64,000 bases of DNA from Thermoanaerobaculia bacterium (GTDB lineage: Bacteria > Acidobacteriota > Thermoanaerobaculia > Multivoradales > Multivoraceae), in contig OY762911.1 in assembly GCA_963666565.1 (NCBI GenBank), forward strand, positions 192,001 to 256,000, given 5' to 3'. The translations under genes were made by a program, and so were the position numbers. Positions 62,139 through 64,000 of this stretch are shown piece after piece. The notes beneath the pieces are model-generated. The model was given only the letters and a program-made list of their open reading frames with translations, did not search any database and was not told the origin of the DNA. Numbering within the stretch: the first letter of the stretch is position 1; each line of letters opens with the position of its first letter.

Positions 62139-63336
62139 CGTTGATCGTGCCCCACGGCACCCTTCCCAACGGATCGCGCAGGATGCGCCGCGCCACGACC
62201 ATCCGGTGCACCTCGTCCGGGCCGTCGTAGAGCCGCGCGTAGCGGGCCTCGCGGTACATCTTCTCGAGCGGCGTGTCGCCGGTGACGCCGAGCGCGCCGT
62301 GCACCTGGATCGCCCGGTCGATCACGTTGTGGAGCATCCGCGCGCCCCAGAACTTGATCAGCGAGATCTCGACCCGCGCCTGCTCGCCCCGGTCCATCGC
62401 CTCCGCCGCGTCGAGCGTCATCAGCCGCGCCGCCTGGATCTCGGCGGCCGACTCGGCGACGTAGCGCTGGATCTCGCCCTTCTCGGACAGGTAGGAGCCG
62501 TGCGCCCAGCGCGACTTGGCGCGCTCGCACATCAGCTCGAAGGCCCGCTGGGCCTGGCCCAGCCACCTCATGCAGTGGAAAATCCGGCCCGGCCCCAGCC
62601 GCCTCTGCGCGATGACGAAGCCCTCGCCGCGGCCGCCGAGCAGGTTGTCCTTCGGCACCCGCACGTCGTTGTAGCGCACCTCGCAGTGCTGGCCGGAGGT
62701 GGTTCCCATCGTCGGCACCGCGCGCACGATCTCGTAGCCGGGCGTGTCCGTCGGCACGATGATCGAGGAGAACTTGCGGTGCCCCTGGGCCTCCGGCTCG
62801 GTCAGGGCGAAACAGGTCGTGAACGCGGCCCGGCTGGCGCCGCTGGTGAACCACTTGTGGCCGTTGATCACCCAGTCGTCGCCGTCGAGCACCGCTCGCG
62901 TCTGCATCAGGGTCGGGTCGGAGCCGGCGACTTCCGGCTCGGTCAGCCCGACCGACGGGTAGATGTCGCCCGCCACCAGAGGCTTGAGCCAGCGCTCCCT
63001 CTGCTCGTCGCTGGCGTAGAGGTGAAGCATGATCGAGTCCTGCATCGACGCCGAGCCGACGGCGACTTGTCCATAGTGCGAGCGGCCGATGATCTCGTTC
63101 AGGTAGACAAACGGCATGAGCGGCAAACCCCCGCCGCCGATCTCAGCCGGGTGCCCCAGCGCCCACAGGCCCCGCTGCTTGGCGAGCGCCTTGAGCTCCG
63201 CCAGCCGGCCGCGGGAGCGGTCCTCGCCGGACTCCGACTCCAGTTCCGGTTCGGCCGGAATCACCTCGCCGTCGATGAACTCCCGCATCCGCTCCCGGAG
63301 TTCGACCACCTCGTCCGTCAGACCGTACCTGCCCAT
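62125..63336 (-). CDS. Acyl-CoA dehydrogenase
   Basis: LTEPEVAGSD, WVINGHKWFTSG, RLGPGRIFHCMR, AIQVHGALGV, YDGPDEVH; ATG after AAGGAGG. Confidence 0.95.
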   Translation of the reverse strand: MGRYGLTDEVVELRERMREFIDGEVIPAEPELESESGEDRSRGRLAELKALAKQRGLWALGHPAEIGGGGLPLMPFVYLNEIIGRSHYGQVAVGSASMQDSIMLHLYASDEQRERWLKPLVAGDIYPSVGLTEPEVAGSDPTLMQTRAVLDGDDWVINGHKWFTSGASRAAFTTCFALTEPEAQGHRKFSSIIVPTDTPGYEIVRAVPTMGTTSGQHCEVRYNDVRVPKDNLLGGRGEGFVIAQRRLGPGRIFHCMRWLGQAQRAFELMCERAKSRWAHGSYLSEKGEIQRYVAESAAEIQAARLMTLDAAEAMDRGEQARVEISLIKFWGARMLHNVIDRAIQVHGALGVTGDTPLEKMYREARYARLYDGPDEVHRMVVARRILRDPLGRVPWGTINGGEN

Positions 63337-63510
63337 GCCTGCCTCCTTCGACCGCTGTTCGGGAACAGCCGCCGATGATGCCACAGAGGCAGGCCCCGGC
63401 CGCCCGCCGGGCGCGCCCAGGTCGCCCACGCCGCCGAAACCGGACGATAGCGCCGGGGGCGTCGTCGGACCGCGAGTGGCGGCAGCCGAGGCCGGCGCTA
63501 TGATCCCCGG

Positions 63511-64000
63511 ATGAAGGAAGCCGCCGGCGCCGTCGCGCCGCTGCCGCCCGGACCGACGGGACGCAGGTTCCAGAACATACGACAGCGCCTTTCCCGACAC
63601 TCGGACTTCATGGACGAACTCCACGCGGAGTACGGCGACATCGTCTTCTTCGAGATCCCGGCCCGCAAGTGCGCGGCCGTGTTCAGCGCCGAGCTGATTC
63701 ACGAAGTCCTGGTCGGGCAGGAGCCGTACTTCCAGCCCTACTACCCGAAGACCTCGTACAACCTGATCCCGTCGCCCTGCCTGGCGACGTCCCGCTTCGA
63801 GACCCACACGGAACTCGAGAAGGTGATGAGCGCGGCCTTCACGCCGGAGCGCATGCCCGTCTACGGGGAGGCGATTATCGCCAACGCCCTGACGTTCCGG
63901 GAGCGCCTCGCGTCGAACGGCCAGGGAACCTCGGACTTCAAGTACGAGGCGGAGCGCTACACTTGGGGCGCCCTGCTGGACGCCGTGATCGGCGTCGACT
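63511..64000 (+). CDS. Cytochrome P450, N-terminal part (runs off the window)
   Basis: Not in ORF track; LPPGP, EYGDIVFF, LIHEVLV, AAFTPERM typical of P450 N-termini. Confidence 0.75.
   Translation, partial: MKEAAGAVAPLPPGPTGRRFQNIRQRLSRHSDFMDELHAEYGDIVFFEIPARKCAAVFSAELIHEVLVGQEPYFQPYYPKTSYNLIPSPCLATSRFETHTELEKVMSAAFTPERMPVYGEAIIANALTFRERLASNGQGTSDFKYEAERYTWGALLDAVIGVD

Overview
High-GC bacterial chromosome segment, most likely Acidobacteriota (inferred mainly from the 8-Cys insertion near the RpoB N-terminus). About half (20.4-52.2 kb, minus strand) is the tRNA-Thr/tuf/secE/nusG/rif/rpoBC/str/S10/spc/alpha superoperon, with two identical tuf copies. It lacks rpsD, rpsN, rpmG and map at their usual positions and carries a LID-less adk. 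The left part has envelope and housekeeping genes (lnt, SPOR, slipin/nfeD, tRNA-Pro, rodZ, long GreA-domain protein, gatCA, amidase, lexA, M16 peptidase pair, EF-G2). The right part has phoU-phoR-phoB with a divergent phosphate porin, an S9 peptidase, a decayed defence patch (truncated mcrC, nonsense hicA, short hicB), a ceramidase-like gene, an acyl-CoA dehydrogenase and a P450. The most unusual structure is a three-gene defence cassette (BsuBI/PstI-type m6A methylase, endonuclease, GIY-YIG-RAMA fusion) between the convergent EF-G2 and rplQ genes. It is bracketed by two inverted copies of a ~200-bp hairpin element whose stems covary while the internal sequences are identical. No integrase or transposase is visible in the window. 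All calls come from reading the sequence; no searches were run.
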